A stretch of 64,000 nt of DNA from a virus (lineage: Duplodnaviria > Caudoviricetes). The DNA is taken from the IMG/VR virus record IMGVR_UViG_3300035501_000922; one strand, given 5' to 3'. Made by a program: the position numbers and the translations under genes. Of this stretch, positions 61,986 to 64,000 are shown one piece after another (the stretch's first letter is position 1; the number at the start of each line of letters is the position of its first letter). The notes under the pieces were generated by a model. The model was not told the origin of the DNA. It searched no databases and worked only from the letters and a program-made list of their open reading frames with translations.

Positions 61986-62087
61986 AATTATTATAAACTA
62001 GATTTATAAGATAATTATATATTATTTTATGGTAAGTTTATACTTATTCAAAAAATTTTAATCCAATTGCCGAAAGGAGTTTTAAAA

Positions 62088-62567
62088 ATGGCAGAAAGAA
62101 AAAGTAATGGTCCCGTTCAGACAGTCACCAGATCTATTAATAAGAGAGGTGAACTTAAGGGAAAGGACAAGAAGGAAACGAAGTATCTGAAAGCTATTTG
62201 CCCTCATCACAAGTATAATAAGAAGGGCAAGCTTAAGCCTACGATCTTCAATAACAATGATGGAACATGCATCTGCACTATGTGCGGTCAGAAGTTCCCA
62301 ACTAAGCTTTATGATAATGACCAGCTTGGTCAGATTGTTGGAGACATGAAGACACTTAATGAGCAGGCTAAGTATATGGCTGTTGCAACTGGCTCGGGTG
62401 GAAACGGAGTAGATTTCTTTGCTCAGGTTGGTGCAGTTCTTGCAAAGTACAAGAAGTCATATAAGAAGCTCAGAACCATTGCTTCAAAGCAGTCTCATGT
62501 AAAAGAAAAGAAGCGTAAGAAGAATTCCATGGGTTCCAATCAGTATGGTACTTGGGGAAGTCGTTAA
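62088..62567 (+). CDS. Basic zinc-ribbon protein
   Basis: CPHH...CTMCG. Start ATG 62088 behind GAAAGGAG. Early-type promoter at 62015-62026. Confidence 0.7.
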   Translation: MAERKSNGPVQTVTRSINKRGELKGKDKKETKYLKAICPHHKYNKKGKLKPTIFNNNDGTCICTMCGQKFPTKLYDNDQLGQIVGDMKTLNEQAKYMAVATGSGGNGVDFFAQVGAVLAKYKKSYKKLRTIASKQSHVKEKKRKKNSMGSNQYGTWGSR

Positions 62568-62605
62568 TTAAGCTAGTAACCTACTTCTAATATACTCCAT
62601 TTTTC

Positions 62606-62645
62606 AATAAAGGGAATATGAGATTTTTCTCATATTCCCTTTATT
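62606..62645 (+). terminator. Intrinsic terminator
   Basis: ataaagggaatatgaga/tctcatattccctttat followed by a T tract. Confidence 0.8.
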
Positions 62646-62771
62646 TTTTATTATCGACTTATAATATTATCCGTAGGGATATAGGGATAAAATAAAATAC
62701 TGAAAGAAACATAATTTTAAGGTTTTAAAAGCCTAGAATTTATAAATATTTTGAAAGGATGTGAATGAGAA

Positions 62772-63099
62772 ATGGCAAAAGATGTACAAATGTTCTACAT
62801 CGAATCAGACATTAAGAAGATTCAAACTAAGACGAATCTATACATTCAAAAGTATGGTCCTGCAGGTGCTTTTCATTTAGCACGAGAAATCATACAGAAT
62901 AATATAGATGAATGTATTGACCCTGAGAGTAACGGAAGTAATATCTACATTTCTTATGACAAAGAAAGTGACATGTTAACATGTGAAGATGATGGAAGAG
63001 GATTTCCTGAAAAGGATTATCCTCTTGATATTTTCTGCACCAAAAACCAATCAGGTTCTAAATTCTTTAGAGACCAGGGCGGTGATTCCGCTGGAGAGT
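62772..63099 (+). CDS. gyrB: DNA gyrase B / type II topoisomerase ATPase subunit, exon 1
   Basis: GHKL motifs 'EIIQNNIDE', 'EDDGRGFP' and 'SGSKF'. Confidence 0.88.
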
Positions 63100-63406
63100 T
63101 AACACTTAGCTCTTGTACTATAGCGATATAGTACTAGCACTCTTTTAATTGCTGGGAAGTCTCATGTAGACAATCAGCAGCGAAGCTTCCTAATGGAAGA
63201 ACGTTCAACGACTATCGAAAACACGGTTATTCGAGAAATACGGTAACTGGAAGTGAGTAGAGTAGGGTTTAAGCAAACCCGAAATGGAGAGCCTACTGTA
63301 ATTGGTAATAGATTACAGAGTGAAGATATAGTCTAAACTTCTATGGTGACATAGAGCTGTCTTAATTGACAGATATAAGTATAGCGAACTTATATGAATA
63401 TAATTG
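63100..63406 (+). ncRNA. Group I self-splicing intron (307 nt, no homing endonuclease) in gyrB
   Basis: P1 GAGAGU/GCUCUU with U.G. Core UUAAUUGCUGG, AAUCAGCAG, GUUCAACGACUA and AAGAUAUAGUCUA. Terminal G at 63406. Splicing T|TC gives SAGEFGVGLTVVNALS. Confidence 0.92.
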
Positions 63407-64000
63407 TCGGTGTTGGACTTACTGTTGTAAATGCACTCTCAGATAAATTTATTCTTACATCTTATAGAGAAGATGAGGGATATAAACACACAATTGTTTT
63501 TGAGGATGGTGAAAAGATTAAAGATGAAAAGAAACCTTTAAGAAAAGGTGATAAACAACATGGTTCATCTATTTCATTTATACCATCGAAAAAGTATCTC
63601 GGCGCTAATACAGTTCTTCCTTATAAGGAAATGATTGAATGGGTCGAGAAGATGACTTACTTTATACGTAAGAAAAAAATGAAAATTAAAGTGGATGTAT
63701 TTAAGGGCTTGAAGCTCAAAGATTCATTTACTTTTAAACCAAAAGCTTTTGATGAATTACTTGATAAAATTACACCTACTAAATCTTATTCTCCTAAATG
63801 TAGTTTTAGTGGAGATAATGAGATTAAAGAAAAAGTAAGAAAGTCAGTAATTGATAAAGAAAGCGGAAAGGTACTCACTAAAGAAGTTACTATTAAGAAG
63901 AAAATTCATCTTGATGTAGCTCTCAGGTATGTACCTGATTCAGTAACGTTTTATGACACATATTGTAATTACACAAATACGATAGACGGTGGCATACATC
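63407..64000 (+). CDS. gyrB: DNA gyrase B / type II topoisomerase, exon 2 (runs off the window end)
   Basis: GVGLTVVNALS...HGS.ISFIPS...YCNYTNTIDGGIH continues the GyrB ATPase and transducer domains. Confidence 0.88.

Noticed and set aside
62772-63131. gyrB as a truncated pseudogene (119 aa)
   Set aside because: Explained by the intron at 63100-63406; exon 2 stays open to the window end.

Overview
AT-rich 64 kb segment of a jumbo bacteriophage of the phiKZ-related / Bacillus AR9-PBS1-like kind, probably infecting a Firmicute (inferred from strong AGGAGG Shine-Dalgarno sites and Gram-positive-type peptidoglycan hydrolase domains). Structural genes include baseplate/tail proteins, a tail fibre with an S74 chaperone and a 4358-aa tape-measure/tail-lysin polyprotein. 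A virion-type multisubunit RNA polymerase beta gene is split by two group I introns (1417 aa after splicing), and a gyrase-B/topo II gene is split by a third, closely related group I intron. Also present are two giant multi-domain 'polyvalent' head proteins, an early region (four tandem paralogs, kinase-like, PolB-palm-like and DEDD exonuclease genes), a RusA resolvase and a tubulin/FtsZ-family gene. Two promoter motifs (TTATAYATTAT and (A/G)ACA-N6-TA) divide the genes into putative early and late classes. Most notable unexplained signals: (1) two ~50-aa protein modules that recur in-frame across otherwise unrelated virion proteins; (2) GG-x-G linkers flanking the enzyme cassettes of a tape measure that carries its own C39-like peptidase; (3) three endonuclease-less introns, two of which share a 54-nt identical core; (4) candidate structured or antisense small RNAs. 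No tRNA or CRISPR array was seen. All family calls come from motif recognition by eye; no database searches were run.
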